Assembly (NCBI GenBank): GCA_049968255.1
Contig: JBMFRB010000002.1
Coordinates: 153,772-217,771, forward strand
DNA from: Candidatus Sumerlaeaceae bacterium
GTDB lineage: Bacteria; Sumerlaeota; Sumerlaeia; Sumerlaeales; Sumerlaeaceae
Direction: 5' to 3'
Length of the DNA: 64,000 bases
The position numbers were made by a program, and so were the translations under genes. The notes beneath the pieces are model-generated. The model was not told the DNA's origin, made no database searches, and worked only from the letters and a program-made list of their open reading frames with translations. This document shows, piece after piece, positions 47,857 through 56,802 of this stretch (position 1 is its first letter; each line of letters begins with the position of its first letter).

Positions 47857-49209
47857 TTATTCGAGAGCCGCTGACAGCGGCTTATGTTCGGGGCGAAAGG
47901 TGGGATCTGTCTGGGCAAAATAGTCGTTGATAGCGTTGTAGAGCAAGATGGCGGTCAGCTTTTGGAATTTGGGATTAATGAGATACCGCAACTCATCGGT
48001 GTTTGTAATAAAACCAACCTCAAGGAGCACTGCTGGCATATAGAAGTTTTTGAGCACGACGAAATTTGCGCTCTTGATCCCGCGGGCATAGCTACGAAAA
48101 TAAGGGTGTTGTTGGAAAGAGCTAAGGATTCGGGTGCAGACCACATAGCTTTCGTACTGCCAGCTTTCCAGTTTTTGCCGTTCGAGGTCTGTGAGCACTT
48201 GCGCAAGTAATGGGGTTCCTGCGCGCGTTGCAGAGCCGCCGGTCAGCACGTCAAGGTTTTCGCGTTCAGCCACGGCTTTAGCTGCGGCGTCATCGGCTCC
48301 CTTCTCACTGAGATAGAAAATCTCCATTCCGCGTGCATTTGGATTTCCCCCGCCGTCGTTCATGTGGATGGAAATAAAGAGGTCCCCTTTCTGCTTTTCT
48401 GCAAATGCGACGCGGTCAGGCAGAGGGACAAGCACATCGCCAGTGCGCGTAAGCACCGCTACCATGTTTGGCGATGAGTCAAAAAGCTTTTTCAAATGAT
48501 AAGCAAATTGCAGCGTCAGTTCTTTTTCGTAAACAACGCGGCCGTTGACCAGCGCCGTGCTCGACGCACCTTGATTTGCACCGCCGTGTCCTGGATCAAT
48601 GACCACAATCTTTTTCGCTCCCTGACCCCGCCGACTCATGAGTGGCGAAAGAGCAGGCTCTGGGATGGGCGGGATTCGTGCCGAGGAGGTACGGTCGCGA
48701 ATGACAATTGGGGACACCGCGTTGCCCTGTTTGGAAGTTGGCGTCATTAGGCCAGTGGCGAAAGGCGACGCTAACGGTGTAGTCGTCGCGAGCGTGTCAA
48801 TGTAAAGACGAACGGGAGAAGTTTCGCGTTGGATTCGGAAAGCCTGAGCACGCTCTTTCACGTAGAAAACGAAACGCAGCACCCCATGCTCGGGATACGA
48901 GATGGATTCGACCTGGCGAACAAGGGAATCATCGATGTCGAGCAGCCGTCGCTTGTACGGGGTCGCAATCCCATAAATATCCACGTAATAGAATCCTTTG
49001 TTGTGGATATTGTCTGCGGCGTTGACAACCACGTCCTGATCAAGTTCGACAGCGAAGCGGGTTTTGTCGGGGGTGGATTCCCAAGAAATCCTTGTGACTG
49101 AGGCAGCACTGAGGGGTGACGCGACATGAAAACAGAGCATCAGTCCCAGGCCGGCACACAATGCGCGCGCTCTTGAAATAAAAGAAAACCATATATTAAC
49201 GCGGCGCAT
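47857..49209 (-). CDS. N-acetylmuramoyl-L-alanine amidase (AmiC type, AMIN domain + Amidase_3)
   Basis: Signal peptide, N-terminal AMIN-like beta domain and a catalytic Amidase_3 domain (KIVVIDPGHGGANQGASS ... LFISIHMNDGG). ATG at 49209. Confidence 0.8.
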   Translation of the reverse strand: MRRVNIWFSFISRARALCAGLGLMLCFHVASPLSAASVTRISWESTPDKTRFAVELDQDVVVNAADNIHNKGFYYVDIYGIATPYKRRLLDIDDSLVRQVESISYPEHGVLRFVFYVKERAQAFRIQRETSPVRLYIDTLATTTPLASPFATGLMTPTSKQGNAVSPIVIRDRTSSARIPPIPEPALSPLMSRRGQGAKKIVVIDPGHGGANQGASSTALVNGRVVYEKELTLQFAYHLKKLFDSSPNMVAVLTRTGDVLVPLPDRVAFAEKQKGDLFISIHMNDGGGNPNARGMEIFYLSEKGADDAAAKAVAERENLDVLTGGSATRAGTPLLAQVLTDLERQKLESWQYESYVVCTRILSSFQQHPYFRSYARGIKSANFVVLKNFYMPAVLLEVGFITNTDELRYLINPKFQKLTAILLYNAINDYFAQTDPTFRPEHKPLSAALE

Positions 49210-49289
49210 CAACTTTCCTTGCGAGGGCGAGAATTCCTCTCGTCTGTGCTGTTCAGCGCATTGTGCTGTATGCGGCTCTTTCGGGAGCT

Positions 49290-49775
49290 CTAATAGGATG
49301 TTAGTTCCGCCACATGAGCCGTGATTCGCTCTTTTTCCGTTGGGTCAGTGCAGAGAGCAATGTACTGCTCCCATGCTTTGTGTGCGTCTGCCTTTTGCCC
49401 CAGACGCTCATAACAAAGCGCAAGATTGTAAGCTGCGTCCTGAAACTTGGGGTCGATCTCTAGTGCCTTTTGAAGGTGCTCGATGGCTTCCTGCCAACTG
49501 CCGTCTTCAATTGCTATTGCTGCGAAATTATACAGATCAACCGCAGTTGCTTCCGAAAAACCCAATTGTTTTTTGACCCGCATCCGCTCGCTGTCGGGGA
49601 GAGAGAAGTAGAAGGCAAACCCATAGACTTCGAGTGCCTCATCTGTGTTTTCTCGCAGCAGCGAGCGAAATTGCCTCAGGTGCTCGTCGTAAAGGTCATC
49701 TTGCTTCTCAGTCGCGGCCGATGAGATCACAGCTTCTGCGAGTTGTTCGGATTTTTGGTCGGCGGTTTTCGGCAT
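49290..49775 (-). CDS. TPR-repeat protein
   Basis: Three TPR-like repeats (AAIAIEDGSWQEAIEHLQKALEIDPKFQDAAYNLALCYERLGQKADAHKAWEQY). ATG at 49775. Confidence 0.55.
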   Translation of the reverse strand: MPKTADQKSEQLAEAVISSAATEKQDDLYDEHLRQFRSLLRENTDEALEVYGFAFYFSLPDSERMRVKKQLGFSEATAVDLYNFAAIAIEDGSWQEAIEHLQKALEIDPKFQDAAYNLALCYERLGQKADAHKAWEQYIALCTDPTEKERITAHVAELTSY

Positions 49776-50016
49776 TCCCAATACTCCTGCATAATTGGTT
49801 TGAACTGTACCTGAAACGATTCATGCAACGGGACCAATTATTCGCCCTGCGTCTATAGTAAGCTCAGCTTTGTTTTATTTAGTCCGTGACCAGTTCTGCG
49901 AGATTCGGGATAAGGGAGAACTCGCCGACTGCGTTGCTGGAGAAATATCGGGGGAAGGGAAAGCGACGGTTGCGCTAGCCGAATAAACCGAATAAAATAG
50001 CGTAAGACTATTGATT

Positions 50017-51126
50017 ATGGATAGCAAAGCAAAATTCACAAATCTAGAAGTCACGGAAGAGCTCCTTCAGCGGCTTCCTAAAACGGAACTGCACTGTCAC
50101 CTCGATGGTTCCCTACGTGTTGAGACAATTCTCGATCTGGCTGAACAACAGAAGGTGAAACTTCCTGCAAGCGATGTCGAGGGGCTACGTAAGTACGTTG
50201 TTGTGCCAGACGATTGTCCAAGCCTTGTGGATTATCTCAAAGCATTCGATTTGACCCTTTCCGTGATGCAAGAAGCTGATGCTCTCACGCGAGTCGCATA
50301 CGAATTGGTCGAGGACTGTGCCCGAGAAAACGTCCGCTATTTGGAGGTTCGCTACTCACCTATTCTGCATACACAAAAAGGGCTACGCCTCACACATATC
50401 GTTGATGCAGTGCTGGATGGGCTAGCGGCGGGTGAGAAAGATTTCGGCGTGAAAACTGGGGTCATTATTTGCGGAATGCGCAATATCAATCCCGAGACAT
50501 CGTACCGTCTGGCGGAGCTGGCGATCGCTTACAAAAATCGCGGAGTGGTGGCTTTTGACCTCGCAGGTGCTGAAGAAGATTATCCAGCCAAAAAACACAA
50601 GGATGCATTTTTCCTGATCTTGAAAAATAATATTAATTGCACTCTCCATGCGGGAGAAAGTTACGGTCCTGAGTCCATTCATCAGGCGATCCACTATTGT
50701 GGAGCTCACCGGATTGGTCACGGGACGCGCCTTAAAGAGGACGGAGATTTACTAAACTATGTAAACGACCATCGAATACCTCTCGAAATTTGCCTTACGT
50801 CGAACGTCCAAACCAAAGCGGTGAAAAGTTTCGAAGAACATCCCCTGCGCTTTTATTACGACTACGGGCTGCGAACAACGATTTGTACAGACAACCGCCT
50901 CATGAGTGACACCACGATTACGAAGGAGCTTTACCGCGCGCACAAATACCTAGGCTTTACGATGAGTGAGATCGTCGACCTCATTGTTTTCGGTTTCAAA
51001 AGTGCATTTTTGCCTTATCGTGCGAAGGTGAGGCTGCTTAAGAGCGTTTTCGACGAGTTGAATCAGCTCGCCCTGGAGCCAAAGACCCAGAAGCTCCACA
51101 CGACAGCTCAGGCGGAGGCTCTCTAA
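50017..51126 (+). CDS. add: Adenosine deaminase
   Basis: Metal-binding motifs: LPKTELHCHLDGSLR, HAGE and TICTDN...D. ATG at 50017; ORF-track start 50011 is TTG. Confidence 0.85.
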   Translation: MDSKAKFTNLEVTEELLQRLPKTELHCHLDGSLRVETILDLAEQQKVKLPASDVEGLRKYVVVPDDCPSLVDYLKAFDLTLSVMQEADALTRVAYELVEDCARENVRYLEVRYSPILHTQKGLRLTHIVDAVLDGLAAGEKDFGVKTGVIICGMRNINPETSYRLAELAIAYKNRGVVAFDLAGAEEDYPAKKHKDAFFLILKNNINCTLHAGESYGPESIHQAIHYCGAHRIGHGTRLKEDGDLLNYVNDHRIPLEICLTSNVQTKAVKSFEEHPLRFYYDYGLRTTICTDNRLMSDTTITKELYRAHKYLGFTMSEIVDLIVFGFKSAFLPYRAKVRLLKSVFDELNQLALEPKTQKLHTTAQAEAL

Positions 51127-51271
51127 CAACCTCGCCATGCGTGCGAAAGAGTTTTTTGAGCGCTTCGCGCAAATGCGTGGAGCGCTTTTTTCGTTGGAAG
51201 TATCGAAGGGCCAGAGCCTCATGTCAGAATCGAAAACTCCTGAATGAGAAAGAGCGCTGCAGGACCAAGCA

Positions 51272-52561
51272 GTGACGCGATTTGTTAACTTTTTATTTCT
51301 TTTGTGGATGGGTGTCCGGGACCGCTGGTCGCGCGTCGTCCTCTCGTCGTTTGCCTTGGCATTTGCTGTTGCCGTCACACTTGCGTCGTACTCTGTGGGA
51401 TTCGGCTTGCTCCGACCTGCCGTGCGTCGCGCGGAAGAGATGTTTCCAAAGAGTATTGTTTCTGTCCGCCCGAAAGCGCTCGATATAGCGGCTTTTCGCT
51501 TCAATGCCACAACGCTCGACGATTCTGCGGTTGAGAAACTCGCGCGGCTTGATGGCGTGGAATTTGTCGCTCCCCAGCTAAGCCTGAAGATGCCACTGCG
51601 TGCCGAAGGTGATATTATGGGCCAAAGCGCAACCTCGGACTTAGTGGTTGTCGGAATAGATCCTAAGATCGTGCAAGACGATGTCGACATAGGATTTCGC
51701 TTCGACTATGACAAAGAGACTTCCTTACCGATCCCGTGCATCGTGCCCCACTTTTTCCTCGACATGTATAATTTGGCTTACGCCGATTCTCTCGGCTTGC
51801 CGAAAATCAGCGAGCGGTACCCGATTGGCAAAGAGTTCAGCTTGGTGCTTGGTGAAACCTACCTCTTCGGTGCTGACCAGGGGAAAGTGGTGCGCCTGCC
51901 TTGTCGAATAGTCGGTATCACGCGACAAACCCCTCTTACGGTGGGTGTGCTCATTCCTCTCGGGCACGCCAAAGCGCTCAACGACTGGTATCACGGCGCA
52001 CGTTCGCCGCAATACAACGCAGTGCATGTCAAACTGGCTGATCTTGGCAAATACGATCAAGTTACCAGTGCCATCCATGCAATGGGCTACGTGACAGAGA
52101 GCCCGGGCGAAACTCTCGATAAGTTTCTCCTGGTTGTCCGCATTGCTGGAATAAGCGTTGCCGTCTTCACACTTCTCGTGGGCGTCGTGGCCGCCGTTGC
52201 GGTCTTTAATGTTTACTCGTTAGCAATCTTAATCCGTCAAGCGGAATTCCAGGTGCTTCGTGCGGTAGGAGCAACAAAGAGCTTCTTGGCGTGTCTCCTA
52301 TTGGCCGATGCGGCGATTGTAGGAGCCTGGAGTGGGACTCTCGGTGGGGGAGCCGCGCTGCTTGTCACTCGTGTTGTCGAGCGCGCTCTTTCCGACGTAG
52401 CTTCTCAGTTTTCATTTTTGCCGGCGATTCATTTCGTGTCCCCCACGGGGCTTATCGTAGGGGGGGTGATGCTGGGTATGGCGGTGGCTATCGCAATTAC
52501 TGCGCCGCTTGTGTGGCTGGCTGTGCGAAACAGTTGCGTGCGGCCAACATCTGCACTCTAG
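51272..52561 (+). CDS. ABC transporter permease, FtsX/MacB/LolCE-like (no ATPase gene adjacent)
   Basis: N-terminal TM, about 230-aa periplasmic domain, then an FtsX-type 3-TM bundle (LRAVGATKSFLACLLLADAAIVGAWSGTLGG). GTG start. Confidence 0.7.
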   Translation: MTRFVNFLFLLWMGVRDRWSRVVLSSFALAFAVAVTLASYSVGFGLLRPAVRRAEEMFPKSIVSVRPKALDIAAFRFNATTLDDSAVEKLARLDGVEFVAPQLSLKMPLRAEGDIMGQSATSDLVVVGIDPKIVQDDVDIGFRFDYDKETSLPIPCIVPHFFLDMYNLAYADSLGLPKISERYPIGKEFSLVLGETYLFGADQGKVVRLPCRIVGITRQTPLTVGVLIPLGHAKALNDWYHGARSPQYNAVHVKLADLGKYDQVTSAIHAMGYVTESPGETLDKFLLVVRIAGISVAVFTLLVGVVAAVAVFNVYSLAILIRQAEFQVLRAVGATKSFLACLLLADAAIVGAWSGTLGGGAALLVTRVVERALSDVASQFSFLPAIHFVSPTGLIVGGVMLGMAVAIAITAPLVWLAVRNSCVRPTSAL

Positions 52562-52639
52562 CCGCGGTCGGCGTTGACAGTTGCATTCTCCATGGTCCAC
52601 TGTAGCTTGAGCTTGCTTTTTTATAGCTGAAGGTTTCAG

Positions 52640-52672
52640 AAAAAAAACCCGGCTGGTTACGCCCAGCCGGGG
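52640..52672 (-). terminator. Rho-independent terminator downstream of the prepilin-like gene (hairpin may also serve the convergent permease gene)
   Basis: On the minus strand CCCGGCUGGGCGUAACCAGCCGGG is followed by UUUUUUUU. This is a 9-bp GC-rich stem with a 5-nt loop, placed 29 nt after the pilin-like stop. Confidence 0.7.
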
Positions 52673-52700
52673 CTCTGCTGCAATCGTCCGGCGTCTGGGA

Positions 52701-53333
52701 TTATTTGCCGGATTTGCCTTTCCAGCGAATAATGTCGCCCGGCGAAATTGTGCCGTTGGTGGGGTCGTATTCAATGAAGGGCCCAGGATAAGCGGGGACC
52801 AGCACCGCGTATTTCTGGTCCGGGCCAAGACTGAAAAGCAGCCACCCGCCGTCATCGGTATACGAGCTAGTTGATGGATTGTAGAAATCAGGATAATACT
52901 GGAAGAATTTGGCGGCGGTTGACGCAGAGATGGCATCGAGCTGTCCTAGGACGCCTTCGCTATCACTGTTCGGGTTGCGGCCCCAGAGGACGTAAACACG
53001 GTTGAGAATGTCTGCGTCGACGTTGTTGAACGGATCCGGAAACACGGAAGTGATGTAGGCCACCGGGGTAGTGAACGCCGAATTGATTCTCGTCCGTGTC
53101 CAGCTTGCGTTGGGGCGGTAAGTCCGGTAGAGCTTGTTGTTATCGACGATATAAGCCTCAATCGCCGTGGCGAAGCTTCGCATGTCCGCTTTCACCCGCG
53201 AGACTTTTGCTCGCGTTTGGGCCTCGAGGAAGTTCGGTACCGCGATTGCAGCAAGAATTGCAATGATGGCGACGACAATCAGCAGCTCAATGAGTGTAAA
53301 GCCGCTGCGCCGCGAAAGGAAACTGGGCTTCAT
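52701..53333 (-). CDS. Prepilin-type N-terminal cleavage/methylation-domain protein (type IV pilin / T2SS pseudopilin-like)
   Basis: ATG at 53333 with AGGAG RBS. Class III signal with G|FTLIELLIVVAIIAILAAIAVPNF (the Glu+5 is in place). About 180-aa variable C-terminal domain. Confidence 0.7.
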   Translation of the reverse strand: MKPSFLSRRSGFTLIELLIVVAIIAILAAIAVPNFLEAQTRAKVSRVKADMRSFATAIEAYIVDNNKLYRTYRPNASWTRTRINSAFTTPVAYITSVFPDPFNNVDADILNRVYVLWGRNPNSDSEGVLGQLDAISASTAAKFFQYYPDFYNPSTSSYTDDGGWLLFSLGPDQKYAVLVPAYPGPFIEYDPTNGTISPGDIIRWKGKSGK

Positions 53334-53520
53334 GGCAAACTCTCCTTTTTTTGAATTTAGGGAGAAGTAGGGCAATTCGAAATAGAATCCGAGACCACTT
53401 CTTCCCTTTTTACTACAGTTGTAAATCATCTCGCTAGATGCAGTATTCAATAAAAATCTGCATGCGATTTGCGTTTTATTTCACATACAAATCTTTTGCC
53501 GCAAATGGAGCGTTCTTGCT
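53334..53520 (-). promoter_or_regulatory. AT-rich upstream region of the prepilin-like gene (putative promoter/regulatory region)
   Basis: A locally AT-rich stretch (…tactacagttgtaaatcatctcgctagatgcagtattcaataaaaatctgcatgcgatttgcgttttatttcacatacaaatc…) in an otherwise GC-rich window. No precise -10/-35 is assigned. Confidence 0.3.
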
Positions 53521-53863
53521 TGGTTGTGGATCGGTTTTACGGGGAGCCTTATTTCTCAGGTTGGGTGCGGCTTTGTCGTGGGCCGTATCTTTTGCGCCCC
53601 CGACACCCAGTGTTCGAAATCGCTGGGTCTTGGGTGCCGGGCTTCTGAGCAGTCAGCAAAGACGATTCGCGTGCAGTGGTGCGGTCACACCAGAAGGGAA
53701 AGAGGTTGGCGCCCAAAAAATGAAAAGCCACCGCTTACTGCTGCCCCATGAGCACATGAGCCAGCTCGTTGCTTGCGATCTCCTGCAAGAATTTTTGTGT
53801 TGGGACAAAATGAAATAGCGCCCTGCGCTGTATTTGCGGTGCGAGCAGTGACGTTCTCTGGTT

Positions 53864-53940
53864 GGGCCTATAGCTCAGATGGTTAGAGCGCGCCCCTGAT
53901 AAGGGCGAGGTCGGTAGTTCGACTCTACCTAGGCCCACCA
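53864..53940 (+). tRNA. tRNA-Ile (anticodon GAT), CCA encoded
   Basis: 77-nt cloverleaf: acceptor GGGCCTA/TAGGCCC, D-arm GCTCAGATGGTTAGAGC, anticodon stem CGCCC/GGGCG with loop CTGATAA (anticodon GAT), T-arm GGTAG-TTCGACT-CTACC, discriminator A plus CCA. Stand-alone, not in an rRNA spacer. Confidence 0.95.
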
Positions 53941-54091
53941 TATTTTCTTTTGTAGCGCCTCTTCGCTACTGGGGGCCAAGCGAGCGCCGAGTCTGAACAG
54001 CCTCTTCTATCGCTGAGCTTGACAACCTCTCCCGTTCTAATCCAGACCTTATCGCGAACGTTGGCATGAACGAAAAAGGCAAGGTGCGACG

Positions 54092-54781
54092 ATGAAAATC
54101 ATGCGCGGAGTTGTGGCGGCAACTGCTGTTTTTGCTATGTTCACGGTCTCTTGCAGGGCGGCCGATGAAGTTCAGCAGGCGCTAGAAAAGGTGAAACACG
54201 CCTTTTCAAAGGTCACGGGAGTGGAGGCTGTGGTAGAAACGCGTCATGAAACGAACGACCAGGACGTGATACTTACGCGCTCCCTTGTACTCTCCAAGAA
54301 CTATGGATGGAAAATTGAGGAGGGAGTGGGAAAGCTTCACCGTCTCATCATCAACGACTTCCAGACTAACATTGTTTATTATCCTGAGCAAAAGCGTGCT
54401 CTGAAATTGAACGCAAAGTCTGCCGATATCGCGTCGGAGTTTAAGAAGCCGGTGACTGACTTGAATCCGATTTTCTCTCTCGAACGTTCATCGCTCAAGC
54501 TTCTTGGCACTGAGGACCTAGACGGCGAGAAAGTGTATCATTTCGAAGGCACAACGACAACGCAGTTTCTGCGGTCAGGCAAACCAGTGAAAATCCGGAT
54601 TGAGGCCTGGGTGGCCGAGCACGATGGTTTGCCGCGCAAGACCATTGAACGCTGGGAGGACCGAACAGGAACAACAATTTACCGTGACATTGTTTTGCGC
54701 GATGATTTGACAACAGATGTCTTCAAATTCACGCCGCCCTCCGGAGTGGAGATCATCGAAATTGGTGATGAAGCGCCCTGA
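54092..54781 (+). CDS. Secreted LolA-like (outer-membrane lipoprotein carrier-like fold) protein
   Basis: Signal peptide (MKIMRGVVAATAVFAMFTVSCRA). LolA-like sequence pattern, including a C-terminal FKFTPPSGVEII motif. Confidence 0.5.
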   Translation: MKIMRGVVAATAVFAMFTVSCRAADEVQQALEKVKHAFSKVTGVEAVVETRHETNDQDVILTRSLVLSKNYGWKIEEGVGKLHRLIINDFQTNIVYYPEQKRALKLNAKSADIASEFKKPVTDLNPIFSLERSSLKLLGTEDLDGEKVYHFEGTTTTQFLRSGKPVKIRIEAWVAEHDGLPRKTIERWEDRTGTTIYRDIVLRDDLTTDVFKFTPPSGVEIIEIGDEAP

Positions 54782-55178
54782 CGATTCACGAGGGCCGGTC
54801 GCTCGTGATATTTGTGTAAGACCCCCGAATTCGCCACTGATCCGAGGGAAAGCAAGGCGCAACTTTGCCCCTTCTCGTAGGCTTCGTGAGCGCGGTGCTT
54901 GCGATTCAGTGCGCAAAGCCAAATGTCATGGTGGGGCTTCGAGCGAAGTTGCCCATGGAATGACGGACTATCGGGGGGAGGCCGGACTTACTAACGAGCG
55001 GAGCGCAGCTAAACGACTCAGCTGTCTTGGGCCGCAGAGGTAGCAAATATCTTGCATTACGCGAGATGGGAATTCTCCTCACACTTTACCCACGCACGCT
55101 TGCGTACAGGGGCGTATGCGTACAACCGCGAGGCATCGCTCTCAGTAGGCATTTTTTTGACGTTGCACTCGAGCGAAC

Positions 55179-56597
55179 TCACGGACGTCGCGCCAATTCG
55201 CTGTCTTTTTTTGAGCCCACCACTGCCAGGCTCACCGACGCCAGAACCGCTTGCTGGGGTGGATAGTCAGCGAGTGTGGTTCGAGACAGGTAGGTGATAT
55301 TTGTTGTGGGAATTGCCCCAGACTCATTGCGAATGAGCTTGAGTTCCGCTTTACCTGGCCTTAGCGCTCGCAAGTGAATGCGGGCCAGTGTCCCCGTTGC
55401 TCGCAGCGGCTGCAACTCGCAGCCTTCTTCGTAGATAATTACGCCTCGTTCGTTGTCGGCTCTGTTCCACTTGTGAAAATCGAAAGCGAACTCTTGGTGC
55501 GCAAACCCATCCTCGATGTTGATGCCACTGCGTATCCAATTTCCTTTGTCGAAATCCGTTACTTCAACCACGTCTGGATCGAACTGAAGATAGAGTTGCA
55601 CATGATCAAAGGGATCTGCATAGGGGTTGTTCAGGATCACATCTACTGTCACTTCCTCACCTGGTTCGACAGTGTTGGCATGAGGGAGAAGGCGAAGGTG
55701 CATCGAGGGCATTGGGTTTTCGACTTGCGCGCTCGCGACGAGTAGCCCACCTCCGCTGACCTGCTCCACGATGTTTTTGTTAGCTCGTGGGCGAATGAGC
55801 ACATTTGCGTGAATCACGCCGTCACCGCGAGACGTGGCCGTGCCTAAAACGCTTGTGTTCTTCAAGCGGACGTCACAGTAATCGTTGTCGAAATCGAACC
55901 GTATCTGTGCGGGATCTGCTGGAGCCAAAGCTTCCCAATAAAGCAGGGCAATGGCACGCTGGGGAAACTTTTGCGGCTCCTGCAGTCTGATGTGAAAAGC
56001 CATCACGCCGTCCCCTGATTCAAAAGCATACTCCACATCGTCTTGCAAGTAGGTAGCAATCGGCGCGAAATCCACAGCGAGAAGATTGAGAGACTGAGGC
56101 GGAAAGGTAATCCGTACGAAAAATTCGTCCGCTATTCCGTCTTTTGTATCGGCTGCCAACTCGGTGACAAAGGTATCGCCAGGTTTGACCACGCTGTCAA
56201 AAGGCCGAAAGAATAAAATGCTTCGCGCTTCGCTTCGTGCGGCAGTTGGGCCAGCTGGCGAGGGAGCAGGCGTTGGTCGGGCGCCTTGCTGGGGGGGCAC
56301 GTACACCCGCACCGGTCCCTGAGGCGGTGGCGCACTGCCAGGCACGCCGCCGCCCGACTGGGGCGTGGGCTGCGGAGTCTGTTGCTGCTGGCGAGCTTCA
56401 GCAGCCTTTCGTGCCTCTTCTTCCTGTCGCCTTTTGTTCTCCTGAATGATTTGCTCAATGCGTCGTTGGTGGGCTTTGATGCGCTCCTCGCGGCTCATGG
56501 CGCGGATTTGATCCAACGAGGGCGTTGGTTCTTGAGCAAGAATGGGGCTGTAGCACACGACCACTAACGCAAATATTGACAAGAGTCTCGTTCTCAT
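55179..56597 (-). CDS. Secreted hypothetical protein with coiled-coil and Pro/Gln-rich linker
   Basis: Real start taken as ATG 56597 (MRTRLLSIFALVVVCYSPILA = signal peptide). Then a charged coiled-coil (EERIKAHQRRIEQIIQENKRRQEEEARKAAEARQQQQ), a Pro-rich low-complexity linker and a C-terminal domain of about 300 aa of unknown family. The ORF-track extension to 57095 overlaps the methyltransferase gene and is rejected. Confidence 0.5.
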   Translation of the reverse strand: MRTRLLSIFALVVVCYSPILAQEPTPSLDQIRAMSREERIKAHQRRIEQIIQENKRRQEEEARKAAEARQQQQTPQPTPQSGGGVPGSAPPPQGPVRVYVPPQQGARPTPAPSPAGPTAARSEARSILFFRPFDSVVKPGDTFVTELAADTKDGIADEFFVRITFPPQSLNLLAVDFAPIATYLQDDVEYAFESGDGVMAFHIRLQEPQKFPQRAIALLYWEALAPADPAQIRFDFDNDYCDVRLKNTSVLGTATSRGDGVIHANVLIRPRANKNIVEQVSGGGLLVASAQVENPMPSMHLRLLPHANTVEPGEEVTVDVILNNPYADPFDHVQLYLQFDPDVVEVTDFDKGNWIRSGINIEDGFAHQEFAFDFHKWNRADNERGVIIYEEGCELQPLRATGTLARIHLRALRPGKAELKLIRNESGAIPTTNITYLSRTTLADYPPQQAVLASVSLAVVGSKKDSELARRP

Positions 56598-56802
56598 TGC
56601 CTTGACCAGCTTTCGCGATGTGTAGCAGCATAGGCAAGAACAATGCCACAGCGTCGTGCAGGCCATCGGATGCGTAGGCCCAGGCCCAGAAGGGGGGCGA
56701 ATTGCGCCTGGGCTGCAAGAGGCAATCCGAAAGCGTTGTGAGCGCGGTTTGATATTTCCGACGGAGAGAAGGGACATCGTGCAGCCAGAAGAATACTCTC
56801 GG

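Noticed and set aside
49782-50016. Purine riboswitch upstream of add
   Set aside because: The conserved purine-riboswitch junction motifs (…TTTCTACC…CCGTAAAT…) are absent.
53735-53941. 68-aa minus-strand ORF (…GRVELPTSPLSGARSNHLSY…)
   Set aside because: It is the classic antisense translation artefact across a tRNA gene; the locus is tRNA-Ile.
54900-55260. tmRNA, SRP RNA or RNase P RNA in the large intergenic gap
   Set aside because: I looked for the tmRNA 5'/3' tRNA-like ends, a tag ORF ending in Ala-Ala-stop, the SRP domain IV motif and the RNase P GGAAAGTCCGGGC motif. None was found by eye. The region is reported only as a generic ncRNA candidate.
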